In this document: one piece after another, positions 38,056 to 49,134 of the stretch | Layout: each line of letters begins with the position of its first letter | Numbering within the stretch: position 1 is the first letter of the stretch | Assembly: GCA_964369665.1 (NCBI GenBank) | Contig: CAYJFS010000003.1 | Location: forward strand, 180,081 to 244,080 | Direction: 5' to 3' | Origin: an uncultured Lawsonia sp. | GTDB lineage: Bacteria; Desulfobacterota; Desulfovibrionia; Desulfovibrionales; Desulfovibrionaceae | DNA length: 64,000 bases | Translations under genes and position numbers: made by a program | The notes under the pieces: generated by a model | What the model saw: only the letters and a program-made list of their open reading frames with translations | What the model was told of the DNA's origin: nothing | Database searches by the model: none

Positions 38056-39867
38056 ATGCAAAAACATTTCTGTTATTTTTCCCTGTCAATAGTCTTTATA
38101 TTTTTATATGTTCCTATTGTAACTGCAGCACTATATAATGACACAAACATACCCATAGATAAAAAATCCTTTATCTACAATTGTTCTTTTTCCTCACCAA
38201 ATGATCCAGAGCTTGCAAAAGCTATGAATACCTACAGCCAACTTATACAACTAAAAAATCAACCACCTCAAAATAGAATTGGCATTGAACTACGTATCAA
38301 AGAAGATATAGCTATAGGTAAAAAGCTTCTTTCCTCAAAAGGTTATTATAATGGACAAATAGAACAAAGTGTGGACTGGGGAAAAAAACCTATACTTATT
38401 CAATTACTCTTTGTACCTAATATACAGTATACTGTAGGAAAAACAAATATATATTATGAAGAGCCTCAGCTTCCATCATTACCACAAACGCTTTCTTTTT
38501 TTAAGATATACCCAGATTCGCCTGCTATTGCCAAAGATATTCTCACAGCTGTGGATAGTAGCTTAGACTACCTTCATAATAATGGTTATCCCTTAGCAAA
38601 AATCAAAAATACAGAATATCTTATTGATCATATAATCTATACTATAAATGTCAATGTTTATATACAGCAAGGAAACCTTATGTATATGGGTAAAGTCAAT
38701 CCACAGGGTGCACCAAATGTGTCAACTACTTTTCTTAACAAACTTATTCCTTGGGAAATAGGTCGCCTTTGGGATGACACTTATATTTCCATATATGAAA
38801 ACCGCCTTCAACAAACAGGGCTTTTTAGTTCTATCACACTTACCCCTAGCAACAAAATAGATAAAGATGATACTACGCCTATTGAACTAGCTGTTAGAGA
38901 AGCTCCTTCAAAAACATTAAGCGCTGGAGTCATCTACTCATCAGATGATGGTCCAGGATTTCGTGGATCCTGGGTACATAGAAATCTCTTTGGTAATGGA
39001 GAAAACCTTAATCTTACTGCACCTATTAGTAAAAAAAATAAACAACTCTTAGCAATATTCAGAAAACCTGTATTTGGATCACCTAGGCAAACACTTGTTT
39101 CTGAAGCAGAACTTAGGGACGAAAAAACCACGGCTTATGATCAAAAATTTTTTTCTAGTGCTGTAGGCCTTGAACGTCAACTTAATCGATACTGGTCTGC
39201 AACAACAAAACTTTCATTTAATATAGGTACATTAAACGATAAAATTTTACCTAAAGAACCATTTTTTTACTTTGGTATCCCTGTAGCTTTCAAAAGGGAT
39301 ACAACAAATGCCCCACTAAACCCTACAAAAGGCATAAAGCTTACACTTGCAACAACCCCCTATACAGGGAAATATAGAAAAAAATTTACAACACTACAAA
39401 CAAGAACAGAATTTAGTACCTATTTCACACCTATGCAATCAGAAATCCTTACTATAGCTGGGAAAATATCCATAGGTTCACTTCTTGGGAAAGATATTAC
39501 AAGATATCCTGCCAATCTTCGCTTTTATTCTGGTGGTGGTGGAACTGTACGAGGCTATGACTACCAATCCATAGGTCCCAAAAATATTCGTGGGAAACCT
39601 CTTGGTGGATTATCTTCCTTGACTGTCAGTTTTGAATTACGTTTCAAATTAACAGATACTATTGGTATAGTGCCTTTTATTGATGGTGGAAATGTTTATG
39701 ATCAACAGCTACCTAAACTTAATAAACCTTTATTTTGGGGTCTTGGACTTGGACTTCGCTATTACTCATCTATAGCACCAATTAGAATAGATATAGCTAC
39801 ACCTTTAGAAAACAGAAAACATAATAAAGCACTTCAATTTTATATTAGTATTGGACAGACATTCTAA
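38056..39867 (+). CDS. tamA: Omp85-family outer-membrane protein, TamA-like (POTRA + surface-antigen beta-barrel)
   Basis: 603 aa with a signal peptide (…VPIVTAA), a C-terminal barrel with RGY/GG motifs (SGGGGTVRGYDYQSIGP) and a terminal ...ISIGQTF. It is coupled to tamB. Confidence 0.82.
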   Translation: MQKHFCYFSLSIVFIFLYVPIVTAALYNDTNIPIDKKSFIYNCSFSSPNDPELAKAMNTYSQLIQLKNQPPQNRIGIELRIKEDIAIGKKLLSSKGYYNGQIEQSVDWGKKPILIQLLFVPNIQYTVGKTNIYYEEPQLPSLPQTLSFFKIYPDSPAIAKDILTAVDSSLDYLHNNGYPLAKIKNTEYLIDHIIYTINVNVYIQQGNLMYMGKVNPQGAPNVSTTFLNKLIPWEIGRLWDDTYISIYENRLQQTGLFSSITLTPSNKIDKDDTTPIELAVREAPSKTLSAGVIYSSDDGPGFRGSWVHRNLFGNGENLNLTAPISKKNKQLLAIFRKPVFGSPRQTLVSEAELRDEKTTAYDQKFFSSAVGLERQLNRYWSATTKLSFNIGTLNDKILPKEPFFYFGIPVAFKRDTTNAPLNPTKGIKLTLATTPYTGKYRKKFTTLQTRTEFSTYFTPMQSEILTIAGKISIGSLLGKDITRYPANLRFYSGGGGTVRGYDYQSIGPKNIRGKPLGGLSSLTVSFELRFKLTDTIGIVPFIDGGNVYDQQLPKLNKPLFWGLGLGLRYYSSIAPIRIDIATPLENRKHNKALQFYISIGQTF

Positions 39868-42800
39868 TGAAAATTAACAAATTTTCCCATATTTTTTTAT
39901 ATTTATTTACAAGCCTGATAGTACTTATAATAGTATTATTAGCAACCATTATCCTCCTATTGCGATCACCTCTTGGAAATACATGGATAACAAAAACCAT
40001 ACAGACTTCTTTATACCAAAAAGGTATAACTCTTCATGTAGACAATATAGAGCTCACCTTTCCTAATAGCCTTACTGTTAAAAATCTCTCTCTTGATGAT
40101 GAAAAAGGCCCTTGGCTTCATGTAGATTATGCCAGTATTCTTGTTAATCCATGGAGTGCTTTTAAAGGCATTCTTACTATTACTTCTCTTGATGTAACAA
40201 AGTTGACTCTAACACGTTTACCCAGCGCACCTATAGATGAAACAGGATCACAAAGACAATTTATACTACCATCAATTCCATCAAATATACTTCCTTGGTG
40301 GCTTAGCTTTTTAAAAATTCAACAAATTAACATTACTGACACATATTTAGGCCCTGAAATTATAAACGTACCATTAAAATTTTCACTAGTAGGTACTACC
40401 TCTCTTACTGGTTGGCAAGGTCAACTCTCTATAAGCTCTACCTCTTTTTCAAAGATAACTGGAAATATCAATATTATAACAGATCAATCATTACTAAAGG
40501 ACTACCAAATACCATGGAAAGCGGCTGTACAAATGGAAAGTACACAGGCTATTGCATTTTCTCCAGACTTACTTAACCAACCACTAACAACCAATATTTT
40601 ATTATATCCTAAAAACAATGCTCTTATTCTAGAAAAATTATCCATACAGTCAAAGCCATGGAACTTAGCTATTAACAAACTCTCTCTTACCCCTAAACAT
40701 ATTCATGGAGAAATGAATATTACGCATACTGGAACAGTAGCCTCTAAACTACCCATAGAATCAGCAAACCTTTCTATAAAACTCTCTGGGAACCTAAAAA
40801 AACCAGTATGTAACATCAACTTAACGATTAAAAATAAACAACAAATACTTCAAACAATACTTGTATCAAAACTTCATCTACAAAAAACACAATCACAAAT
40901 ATCTTCTACAGGTGAAATCATATTTACAGATATGAATATTCAAAATACGCCAATTACAAGTACAGTCCAAATTGATGCTTTGTTAACACCTAAAATATTT
41001 TCTATTCAAGATGCTTCCTGTAAAGGCCCTCTTATAAATATTGATTTCTCAAGTAATATTAATACAATAGGATCCATTATAGCAGAACTCACAGCAACAG
41101 CTCCAAATGTAAATACTATTGCTGCACTTTTTGCACTTAAAAATCCTCCTTCAGGACAAGCAACTTTTCATCTAAAAATAAATCGCAGCAAAGAAAAGGA
41201 AGCAATAACAGGTACTGCAGATATTCACCTAAAAAATATGGATTGGGGGACACAAATCCTTCAAGGTCTTTTAAGCTCAGAAGTAACACTAACTAATGAC
41301 ATAAACTACATACAAGAACCTTCTCAATATATCCAACTCAAAAACATTATTTTAAACTCAAAGAACATACATGGAAATGGAGATGTTGCTTTAAAAGAAG
41401 ATCAGCTGAATACTGATATTACTCTTACTATTGCAAACCTTGAGTCAACAAAACTACCTATTACAGGTACTGTAGATCTTCTTCTTAAAGCACAAGGCAC
41501 TTTACTTGTACCTGATGTTACCCTTATCATATCTTCACCTAAAATTACATACTCGAACTTAATTTTTGATAACCCTAACCTTCATGTAAAAACAACAAAC
41601 GTACACTCATCCAAAAGTCAGGGTACAATAAACCTAACTACAGAACAAACATCCCCTTATACATTACAGCTTTCAACAAACTGGGTATGTTCTCCAAATC
41701 AAATTACACTAAAGAATATTTCAGGCACTATCCTAGGAGCTGTTCTTAAAGGTGAAGTAATAGTAAAACATCCTGAGAACCTTTCACAAGGAACTATTAC
41801 ATGTACTATTCATGACTGGAAAGAGCTCAGTTATGCTTCAAATACAAATATTTCTGGTAATGCCTCTATAAAAACAGTACTTGATTCACAAAATAATCAA
41901 AGTATCTCTACTGAATTAAAACTAGACTCATTCTCCATAGGAGATTCATTTTCTTTAAAAACTCTTACAAGCAACTTTATAGTAAAAGAACTAACCTTAA
42001 CACCACAAATAACCTTTCTTGCTCATATTGGGCCAGGCAAATACACAGACATACCATGGAATAAAGGAAGTCTAGAAATAATAGGCACCTCTGAACAACT
42101 AAATTTTAATACAAAAATACTAGGAGATAGCATTGTAAATATAAATCTAGACTTTAATACAAAAAAACAAGATATATACCTTCAAACATTTCAAGTTAAA
42201 ATACCTTCAAAAAATCAAGATATTATACTTAATAAACCTGTACATATTACATTTTCACAAGAACATTTTATAATAGAAAATTTAGCATTAGCACTAAAAC
42301 CTTCAGGCTCTATAAATGCCAATATCTCTATTTCTCAACAAAACCTCAACATCCTAGCGACACTTAACAACATCTCATTATCTATTCTAAACCCAATACT
42401 CAATATACCATTAGAAGGATACATATATGATAGTACTATAAACATCTCAGGAAAAACTCTCCATCCAAAAGGTATACTTAAAATACATGGTGCAAACCTT
42501 AAGGTAGCAAATACACATTCACTACCAATTGCTTTTACTATTACTGGAAACGTTATTGATACACCCAATACTGCGCTAAAGCTTGATACAATCATAACAC
42601 ATAACCAAAAGAGCCTTCCTGCAACTATTATAGCCAATATCCCTATAGTATTCACGGAAAACAACATCCCAATAATCTCTAAAAAAAATCCCATTACAGC
42701 AAAAATACATTGGAAAGGTACAATAGAAGAAATATGGAGTTTTGTTCCTATCGCAGATACAAACATAACAGGACAAGCTTCTTTACTAGCTTCTCTTGAG

Positions 42801-43985
42801 GGTACACTAGAAAAGCCTAGGTACCAATTACAAGTAACCACCACAAACGCTACCTACACAAACTTAACACAAGGTATTTACCTTGAAAACATCACCTCAA
42901 ACATTAATATTGACCCTAGCGCTGAATCTCGTATTACACTTACAACATCTAAAAATAACAAAATCCAAACAACTATTACAGGAACTATAGGATCTGAAAA
43001 AAAAGACTTCCCTATTGCAATAGATGGAACATTTACTAATTTCACTCCGCTCCAACGTAAAGACTTAGATATTACTCTATCAGGAAAAGCACAAATCTCT
43101 GGAACAATAGAAAAATCTTTAATCACCGGGGATATCACTGTTAATCAAGGGAAATTAGACCTTTTAACTATTCCTGGTGGAGATATCCCCACACTTAATG
43201 TTATAGACATTCATCAAAAAGAAAAAATGTCATCCCCCAAAATACAATATCTACCAAATATTAATCTTCATATCCATATCCCCAATCGATTTTTTGTTCG
43301 TGGAACAAACCTCGAAAGTGAATGGTCAGGAACAATTACACTAAAAAATAATCTCTCTAACCCACAAGTTACAGGAAAACTTACCTCTTTAAGAGGTATC
43401 TTTACTCTTCTTGGAAGAAACTTTGCTTTCACCAATAGCTCTATTATCTTTACAGGTTCCATACCACCTATACCAACTCTTGATATCTCTTTAATGTATA
43501 AATCAACAGCACTAACAGCAGTAGCAAACATCACAGGACTTGCAACAAAACCAAAATTCATACTTTCAAGTACCCCTCCTCTACCTCAAGATGAAATTGT
43601 TGCTCAAGTTCTTTTTGGAAAAAACACACAAAATCTTAGTAAGGTACAGCTAGTGCAACTTGCTACAGAACTTACGCAACTTGCAGGTTTTAACTCAGGA
43701 GCAAGCAATATTTTTGATCAGGCTCGAAAAATAGCTGGTGTTGATGTCCTGCGTATTAATAGTGTCCAAAAAAACAATAATCTTAATGATCAAACAAAGG
43801 AAATACCAGTTATTGAAATAGGGAAAAGGTTAACAGACTCTGTATATTTAGGACTTGAACAAAGCTTAGACTCTGATAGTTCAGGAGCACGAATCGAAAT
43901 TGAACTTAACCCTAACTTAATGCTTGAAGGAAGAACAGGATTACAAAACAATGAAATAGGTATTAACTGGAAAAAAGATTATTAA
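39867..43985 (+). CDS. tamB: translocation and assembly module subunit TamB (AsmA-like, DUF490 C-terminus)
   Basis: 1372 aa with an N-terminal TM anchor and a long beta-rich body. The C-terminal region (LSSTPPLPQDEIVAQVLFGK...LGLEQSL...NWKKDY) is typical of TamB. The ATG overlaps the tamA stop (TAATG). Confidence 0.85.
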   Translation: MKINKFSHIFLYLFTSLIVLIIVLLATIILLLRSPLGNTWITKTIQTSLYQKGITLHVDNIELTFPNSLTVKNLSLDDEKGPWLHVDYASILVNPWSAFKGILTITSLDVTKLTLTRLPSAPIDETGSQRQFILPSIPSNILPWWLSFLKIQQINITDTYLGPEIINVPLKFSLVGTTSLTGWQGQLSISSTSFSKITGNINIITDQSLLKDYQIPWKAAVQMESTQAIAFSPDLLNQPLTTNILLYPKNNALILEKLSIQSKPWNLAINKLSLTPKHIHGEMNITHTGTVASKLPIESANLSIKLSGNLKKPVCNINLTIKNKQQILQTILVSKLHLQKTQSQISSTGEIIFTDMNIQNTPITSTVQIDALLTPKIFSIQDASCKGPLINIDFSSNINTIGSIIAELTATAPNVNTIAALFALKNPPSGQATFHLKINRSKEKEAITGTADIHLKNMDWGTQILQGLLSSEVTLTNDINYIQEPSQYIQLKNIILNSKNIHGNGDVALKEDQLNTDITLTIANLESTKLPITGTVDLLLKAQGTLLVPDVTLIISSPKITYSNLIFDNPNLHVKTTNVHSSKSQGTINLTTEQTSPYTLQLSTNWVCSPNQITLKNISGTILGAVLKGEVIVKHPENLSQGTITCTIHDWKELSYASNTNISGNASIKTVLDSQNNQSISTELKLDSFSIGDSFSLKTLTSNFIVKELTLTPQITFLAHIGPGKYTDIPWNKGSLEIIGTSEQLNFNTKILGDSIVNINLDFNTKKQDIYLQTFQVKIPSKNQDIILNKPVHITFSQEHFIIENLALALKPSGSINANISISQQNLNILATLNNISLSILNPILNIPLEGYIYDSTINISGKTLHPKGILKIHGANLKVANTHSLPIAFTITGNVIDTPNTALKLDTIITHNQKSLPATIIANIPIVFTENNIPIISKKNPITAKIHWKGTIEEIWSFVPIADTNITGQASLLASLEGTLEKPRYQLQVTTTNATYTNLTQGIYLENITSNINIDPSAESRITLTTSKNNKIQTTITGTIGSEKKDFPIAIDGTFTNFTPLQRKDLDITLSGKAQISGTIEKSLITGDITVNQGKLDLLTIPGGDIPTLNVIDIHQKEKMSSPKIQYLPNINLHIHIPNRFFVRGTNLESEWSGTITLKNNLSNPQVTGKLTSLRGIFTLLGRNFAFTNSSIIFTGSIPPIPTLDISLMYKSTALTAVANITGLATKPKFILSSTPPLPQDEIVAQVLFGKNTQNLSKVQLVQLATELTQLAGFNSGASNIFDQARKIAGVDVLRINSVQKNNNLNDQTKEIPVIEIGKRLTDSVYLGLEQSLDSDSSGARIEIELNPNLMLEGRTGLQNNEIGINWKKDY

Positions 43986-44059
43986 TACTCATAAGTTATA
44001 TGTATAAAAAGGCAGAAAACTTATTGCTTTCCACCCTTTTACTTATAAACTTTCTACTT

Positions 44060-44587
44060 TTATTTTTTACGATTTTGTAACTTTTTTCCTTTAGCTTGTG
44101 GATGATTACTGTCTTCTGAATTTTTTACTTCATTGCTATGGATACCATGGCCAGACATTACACCACTACCAACCATATGATGCCCACGAACACCAACTTC
44201 TTTTTCTAAACGTTCATACAACTTATTATATTCTTCTGTAAGCATTGAATGCAACTTTGCTATCTCCTGAGAAAGCTCTTGAATAACTTTTCGCTCTGGA
44301 CTACTAGATTGAGCAATAGCTTGTAATTCTATTTGCTTTGCTAACACTTTTTCTCGTAATGCTTGTGTCTTCTTTGCAAAATCTTTAATGATAGCATCAC
44401 ATTTCGCCTGCCTTTCTGGTGTTAACGAATGATATACATGATCACCTCTTCCACAATTACTACCAGTACCTCCAGACAATGGACAAAAAACATTTTGCTT
44501 TGCTTCTAGCACATGAGCAGAACAAACTATATAAAAAACATAGATTACTACACTCAACAAAATATGTTTATTAACATATCTCAACAT
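44060..44587 (-). CDS. periplasmic CpxP/Spy/ZraP-family-like protein (LTXXQ-like motifs, His/Gly-rich ends)
   Basis: 175 aa with a signal peptide, then coiled helical repeats containing LTPERQ and MLTEEY, and a His/Gly-rich C-terminal segment (GHHMVGSGVMSGHGIHS). Confidence 0.55.
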   Translation of the reverse strand: MLRYVNKHILLSVVIYVFYIVCSAHVLEAKQNVFCPLSGGTGSNCGRGDHVYHSLTPERQAKCDAIIKDFAKKTQALREKVLAKQIELQAIAQSSSPERKVIQELSQEIAKLHSMLTEEYNKLYERLEKEVGVRGHHMVGSGVMSGHGIHSNEVKNSEDSNHPQAKGKKLQNRKK

Positions 44588-44771
44588 TCATTCACCTCCA
44601 TACATATTTCACATTAATAAAATTTATTACTAAAACTGTATTCTTTTGTCATATTTTTAATATGAATTAACTCTATACTATTAATAAGACAACAATATAT
44701 AAATAACTATAGGACAAAAATAAAGAGGACTCCAAATATATGAAGCCCTCTATTTTAAATACGGATTTATC

Positions 44772-44848
44772 TGGTCGGAGCGACTGGATTCGAACCAGCG
44801 ACCCCCTGGTCCCAAACCAGGTGCGCTACCAAACTGCGCCACACTCCG
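44772..44848 (-). tRNA. tRNA-Pro (anticodon UGG), CCA encoded
   Basis: The reverse complement reads CGGAGTG-TG-GCGC-AGTTTGGTA-GCGC-A-CCTGG-TTTGGGA-CCAGG-GGGTC-GCTGG-TTCGAAT-CCAGT-CGCTCCG-A-CCA. This is a full cloverleaf. Confidence 0.93.
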
Positions 44849-44897
44849 TTTTCAGGAAAACCACCAATATAATTACTTTTACTGTATATATCAGAGA

Positions 44898-45392
44898 TTA
44901 TTGTGAAATAATCTTGAAATCATCACGACGGTTTTTAGCCCATACTTCAGGTCCAGTACCTGGAACAGCAGGACGTTCTTTACCATAACTAATAATTTCA
45001 AGCTGAGCTGGGTTTACACCAAGCATAACTAAATATTCATATGCTGCACGAGCACGACGCTCACCTAATGCAAGGTTATACTCTTGTGTACCACGAGCAT
45101 CACAATTTCCTTCAATACGTACATGGATACATGTATATTTCTTCAAAAGTTCACTTTTCTGACGTAACATTTCACAATACTCTGGTTTAATATCAAACTT
45201 ATCAAAATCAAAATAAACAATACCTTCACTAATTGCTTCTGAAGCACAACTCAATTCTGCTGCAGCATCAGGTGTTTCTTCTGTACAAGCTGGTGGTGTT
45301 GGCATTTCTACTTTTTTCTTACCACAACCAAAACCTGTACCTAATGCAGCAATCAGTATCATGATTAAGCTGAAACGTTTAAACTTTTCCAT
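44898..45392 (-). CDS. pal: peptidoglycan-associated lipoprotein
   Basis: 164 aa with a lipobox (LGTGFGC) and an OmpA_C domain (NCDARGTQEYNLALGERRA). It is the last gene of the tol-pal cluster. Confidence 0.92.
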   Translation of the reverse strand: MEKFKRFSLIMILIAALGTGFGCGKKKVEMPTPPACTEETPDAAAELSCASEAISEGIVYFDFDKFDIKPEYCEMLRQKSELLKKYTCIHVRIEGNCDARGTQEYNLALGERRARAAYEYLVMLGVNPAQLEIISYGKERPAVPGTGPEVWAKNRRDDFKIISQ

Positions 45393-45592
45393 TTCCTTTA
45401 TCCTCCTAAATGAAGTCTATCAAAGATTTCTAATAACTGTACCTTACAGTCACAAAACTTAAATCATACCTATAAATCAATAGTATACCAGACCTATTTT
45501 TGACTGTAACAAACTTTTCTCATTCTATCTTTTATATATATCCACAATATGTATATATAATTTCTAATAACCTATCATAAACTATAATTACA

Positions 45593-46912
45593 TTAATTTA
45601 CAATTTTACCCCATCGAGGAAAAGAAGCATCCCCTGCTCCTGTTGGTAACCTTTTTGCATCTCCGCCATGACGTGTTATTAGATATACCTGCTTTAAACC
45701 ACTACGGCTAGAGGTAAATGCAATAAAATAACTATCTGGAGCAAAAGCTGGCTGTTCATCACTACCAGGACCAAAAGTTAACTGTCTCTCAATACCAGTT
45801 AAAAGATCTTGAACAAAAATTCGATGACCTTGATCTGTAAGCCGAGAAAAAGCTATAAGCGTTCCATCTGGACTCATAGATGGTTCAGTATTATAAGAAC
45901 CTTGACGACTAACACGTGTAACTGTTCCTGTATCAAAATCTTTCATAAAAATTTGTGGCCCACATAAACGACTTGAACAAAATGCCATCCTTTTCCCTTT
46001 GGCATCAAAAGATGGTGAAACATTAATAGAAGGGTTTGACTCTAAAACTTTCTCTTTTTTAAAAGTATGATCTAATAAAAAAATATCTGGATACCTTCCT
46101 GTAGACAAACTTACAGCAACTCTGTTGTCAGGCATAAAAACAGGCCCTATTACAGTATTCCCAGGAAAACGAATTCTTTGAATCTTCCCTGTCAACCTAT
46201 CCCAAACACCTAAAGCATGTGTATGATCATCAAGATGTGTAAATATAATGAATCTTCCATCTGAAGACCATGAAGGAGACATTGCTGTTCCAGAAATATC
46301 TGTTATCTGACGAAGTTCTTTTCCTGTTGGTTTTACAAGCCAGATATTCCGAACATTTCTACCCTGACCTTGTTTTACAAAAGCTAATGTAGAAAGAAAA
46401 AAGTCACCACTACCTGTTAAAGCTTTCATAAGATCTGCACAAAACTTATCTGCAACCTGTGTAATTTCCTTTTTATTTACACCACTATAAGAGTTACCAA
46501 AAACAAATTTCCCAGAATATGTTTCATATAAACGTAACTCAACAACAGCATCAGAATCTTCACCTTTAGGCCAACCTGCTGTTATTAATAAATCTGCACC
46601 GGCCAACTGAAATCTCTGAAAATCTACATTTGGTGGCTGATAACCTACTAATACTGTTCCACCTAAAATAGACTCTGTCTTTACAAGACGCATAAAAGGA
46701 AGATAACTTAAATTTTCACGAATGGCTTTATCCAAATCAAGACCAAGTGTTTTTGCAGGAATACCAGAGCTACTAAGTGGTGTTGCTATTGCTAAATTTA
46801 CAATATTTTCACCAGGACCATAAATGTCTACTTCCGTAGCCCCTTGTGCTGAACTATACCATAAAAATATACCTAAAAAAATACTAAAAACTTGATAACT
46901 AGCTTTATACAT
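45593..46912 (-). CDS. tolB: Tol-Pal system beta-propeller protein TolB
   Basis: 439 aa with a signal peptide and repeated PxxSPDG / WSxDG propeller blades. It lies between tolA and pal. Confidence 0.92.
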   Translation of the reverse strand: MYKASYQVFSIFLGIFLWYSSAQGATEVDIYGPGENIVNLAIATPLSSSGIPAKTLGLDLDKAIRENLSYLPFMRLVKTESILGGTVLVGYQPPNVDFQRFQLAGADLLITAGWPKGEDSDAVVELRLYETYSGKFVFGNSYSGVNKKEITQVADKFCADLMKALTGSGDFFLSTLAFVKQGQGRNVRNIWLVKPTGKELRQITDISGTAMSPSWSSDGRFIIFTHLDDHTHALGVWDRLTGKIQRIRFPGNTVIGPVFMPDNRVAVSLSTGRYPDIFLLDHTFKKEKVLESNPSINVSPSFDAKGKRMAFCSSRLCGPQIFMKDFDTGTVTRVSRQGSYNTEPSMSPDGTLIAFSRLTDQGHRIFVQDLLTGIERQLTFGPGSDEQPAFAPDSYFIAFTSSRSGLKQVYLITRHGGDAKRLPTGAGDASFPRWGKIVN

Positions 46913-47085
46913 CTAACTACATTCTTAACTTTATTTTAAAATATATTTATAATTATGCCATATCATTTCTATATTGTATAGTATAATCATAACATCACCA
47001 ACCTAGCTCACTATCTTTACTTAGCTCTAACTCAAATTTTATATAACACTAACTTAAAATAATAGTTATAACTTAACAATACTTT

Positions 47086-47898
47086 TTAATATTCACTAAG
47101 TTCTAATGCATTAAAAGAAATAACTATCTCTTGCTGTTCTAATGTAGGAGGTGGAGGTAAAACTTTTGTTCGGACAACAGCATTTACAGCAGATGCATCA
47201 AAATCTGGACGCCCAGAACTACGCTCAATATGACATGAAAGTACATTTCCTTGAGGATCCACTTGTACACGGACTAAAGCAACAATATTATCACGTGTAT
47301 ACGTAGGCATACTCCAGTTTGGCTGAATAGCCATCATAACCATACCTGCATAAACATCATTTAATCCACCACCACCAGTACCATGGCCATCACCACCACC
47401 AGTACGAGGCTCTTTCTTAAAACTTGCAAGGGCATTTAATACAGCATTTGATTTTGTATTTTTTGTCTCTTTTTTTAAAGATACATTCGTCTCTTTCTTT
47501 ATAACCTCTTTTTGTAAAACAGGTTTAATCTTTGGCTCTACCACATCGGCTGGTTGAACAGCTTTATTCAATGTCTCGATATGTTGTGGTATTGTTTGTG
47601 GCTTTAATTCTGGTTGGCTATTACCTTTTTCCATAGGTTTTTGCTGAGCTATGGAAACAGCAGAAGGGTTACTTTGTGTTAATGTAGCTTCTTGATGAAT
47701 AGCTGAAGGCTGTATAACTTCTTGTTTCTTTTGACCTAAAACTGGTAGGGGTAACCTCTGTCCGCCTATAACTCCTGCAGTAATACTAATTTCCATTGGT
47801 CTCTCATGTTTTATCATGACTTTTGTGGGCAAAAGTAAAATTGCTACCAATAATAAACTATGCAGGCCTATAGATACAACATATGTTATAGACTGCAT
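47086..47898 (-). CDS. tolA: TolA (TonB-family energy transducer of the Tol system)
   Basis: 270 aa with an N-terminal TM helix, a P/K/E/Q-rich spacer and a C-terminal TonB_C-like domain. Assigned by its position between tolR and tolB. Confidence 0.75.
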   Translation of the reverse strand: MQSITYVVSIGLHSLLLVAILLLPTKVMIKHERPMEISITAGVIGGQRLPLPVLGQKKQEVIQPSAIHQEATLTQSNPSAVSIAQQKPMEKGNSQPELKPQTIPQHIETLNKAVQPADVVEPKIKPVLQKEVIKKETNVSLKKETKNTKSNAVLNALASFKKEPRTGGGDGHGTGGGGLNDVYAGMVMMAIQPNWSMPTYTRDNIVALVRVQVDPQGNVLSCHIERSSGRPDFDASAVNAVVRTKVLPPPPTLEQQEIVISFNALELSEY

Positions 47899-47974
47899 CT
47901 GCTAACCTTAGCCTCTTGAGCACTCATCTTTAATAAAAAAATAGAAAAGCAAGAAAAAGCAGAGCACACTAGCA

Positions 47975-48406
47975 TTATTCTCTCTTTGCCTCAACACTAC
48001 TATCTGTTTTTTCAGCAACAACACCAAGGCGTTCAATACCTGCTCCACGAATACGGCCCATTAATTCAACGACAATACCATAAGGTACACTTTTATCTGC
48101 TTGTAAAAAAAGTGCTTTTTTCTGTGCTGTGACAAGCTCACTTAATTTTTGCTCAATCTCATGTAACTCTACTAAGTAGTTATTTAAATAAATTTTTCCA
48201 TCTTTAAGGACTGTCAACAACATGTGCTCTGTTTCTACAGGTAATGTTTCCACTGTACTTGTTTGGGGTAAATTAACCTCTAAACCTTCAGTCATCATAG
48301 GAGCTGTTACTATACAAATAACAAACAAAACCAACATAACATCTACAAAAGGCGTTATGTTAATTTCAGAAACAAGCCAACTATTTTTACCTACAGAAGC
48401 ACCCAT
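47975..48406 (-). CDS. tolR: TolR (ExbD/TolR family)
   Basis: 143 aa. INITPFVDVMLVLFVICIV is the canonical ExbD/TolR TM segment with the conserved Asp. Confidence 0.88.
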   Translation of the reverse strand: MGASVGKNSWLVSEINITPFVDVMLVLFVICIVTAPMMTEGLEVNLPQTSTVETLPVETEHMLLTVLKDGKIYLNNYLVELHEIEQKLSELVTAQKKALFLQADKSVPYGIVVELMGRIRGAGIERLGVVAEKTDSSVEAKRE

Positions 48407-48447
48407 GAATCACTCACCATACTAAATTCAAAATATATGTATTATTT

Positions 48448-49134
48448 TTAATCATGTCTCACACTTACAGGCTTTTGTGCATTAAGCTCTCTTTGTACTC
48501 TATTCAATAACATTCCAGCAAAATTAACAAGCTTTGTTTCAAGATTTCCAAGTCTACCAACAAAAATATTATAACCAATTGTAGCAGGTATAGCGACAGC
48601 AAGGCCAACAGCTGTTGCAATAAGTGCTTCAGATATCCCTGGAGCAACTGTTGCTAATGAAGCAGACTTCATAGCCCCTATAGAATGAAATGTATGCATA
48701 ATACCCCAAATTGTTCCAAAAAGACCAATAAATGGAGCAATGTTGGCTGCTGTTGCAAGAAAAGAAAGAGAACTTGCTAATCGTGTCATTTCCATGCCTA
48801 CCCCTTGACGTAATGCTCTACGAACATTATCTACAACAATTTCTTCAGAATTCCCAGCCTCTTTAGAACGATTAAATTCTGTAACACCTTCATGAGCAAC
48901 AACATATAGAGGTGAAGCTGTGTCTTTCACTATTGTTTGTACAGCAGATCGTAATTCTCGAGCATCATTAAAGCGCTCACTTCCGTATATTGTTTTTTTC
49001 ATAGCTGATCTAATAGACATCCATTTCTGAAGCATCATCCCCCAACTTATAACACTCATAAAAAAAAGAAGAGCTAATACTACTTGACCAACTAAAGTTG
49101 CCTCTGTAACAAGAGAAACAAGATTTATATTCAT
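48448..49134 (-). CDS. tolQ: TolQ (MotA/TolQ/ExbB proton channel)
   Basis: 228 aa with three TM segments and the motif LATVAPGISEALIATAVGL. Confidence 0.9.
   Translation of the reverse strand: MNINLVSLVTEATLVGQVVLALLFFMSVISWGMMLQKWMSIRSAMKKTIYGSERFNDARELRSAVQTIVKDTASPLYVVAHEGVTEFNRSKEAGNSEEIVVDNVRRALRQGVGMEMTRLASSLSFLATAANIAPFIGLFGTIWGIMHTFHSIGAMKSASLATVAPGISEALIATAVGLAVAIPATIGYNIFVGRLGNLETKLVNFAGMLLNRVQRELNAQKPVSVRHD

Noticed and set aside
44740-44988. 82-aa plus-strand ORF spanning tRNA-Pro(UGG) and the 3' end of pal. The 62-aa ORF at 15577..15765 over tRNA-Pro(GGG) is a similar case.
   Set aside because: Both overlap clear tRNA cloverleaves or a strong CDS on the other strand. Neither has an RBS or recognisable protein features.
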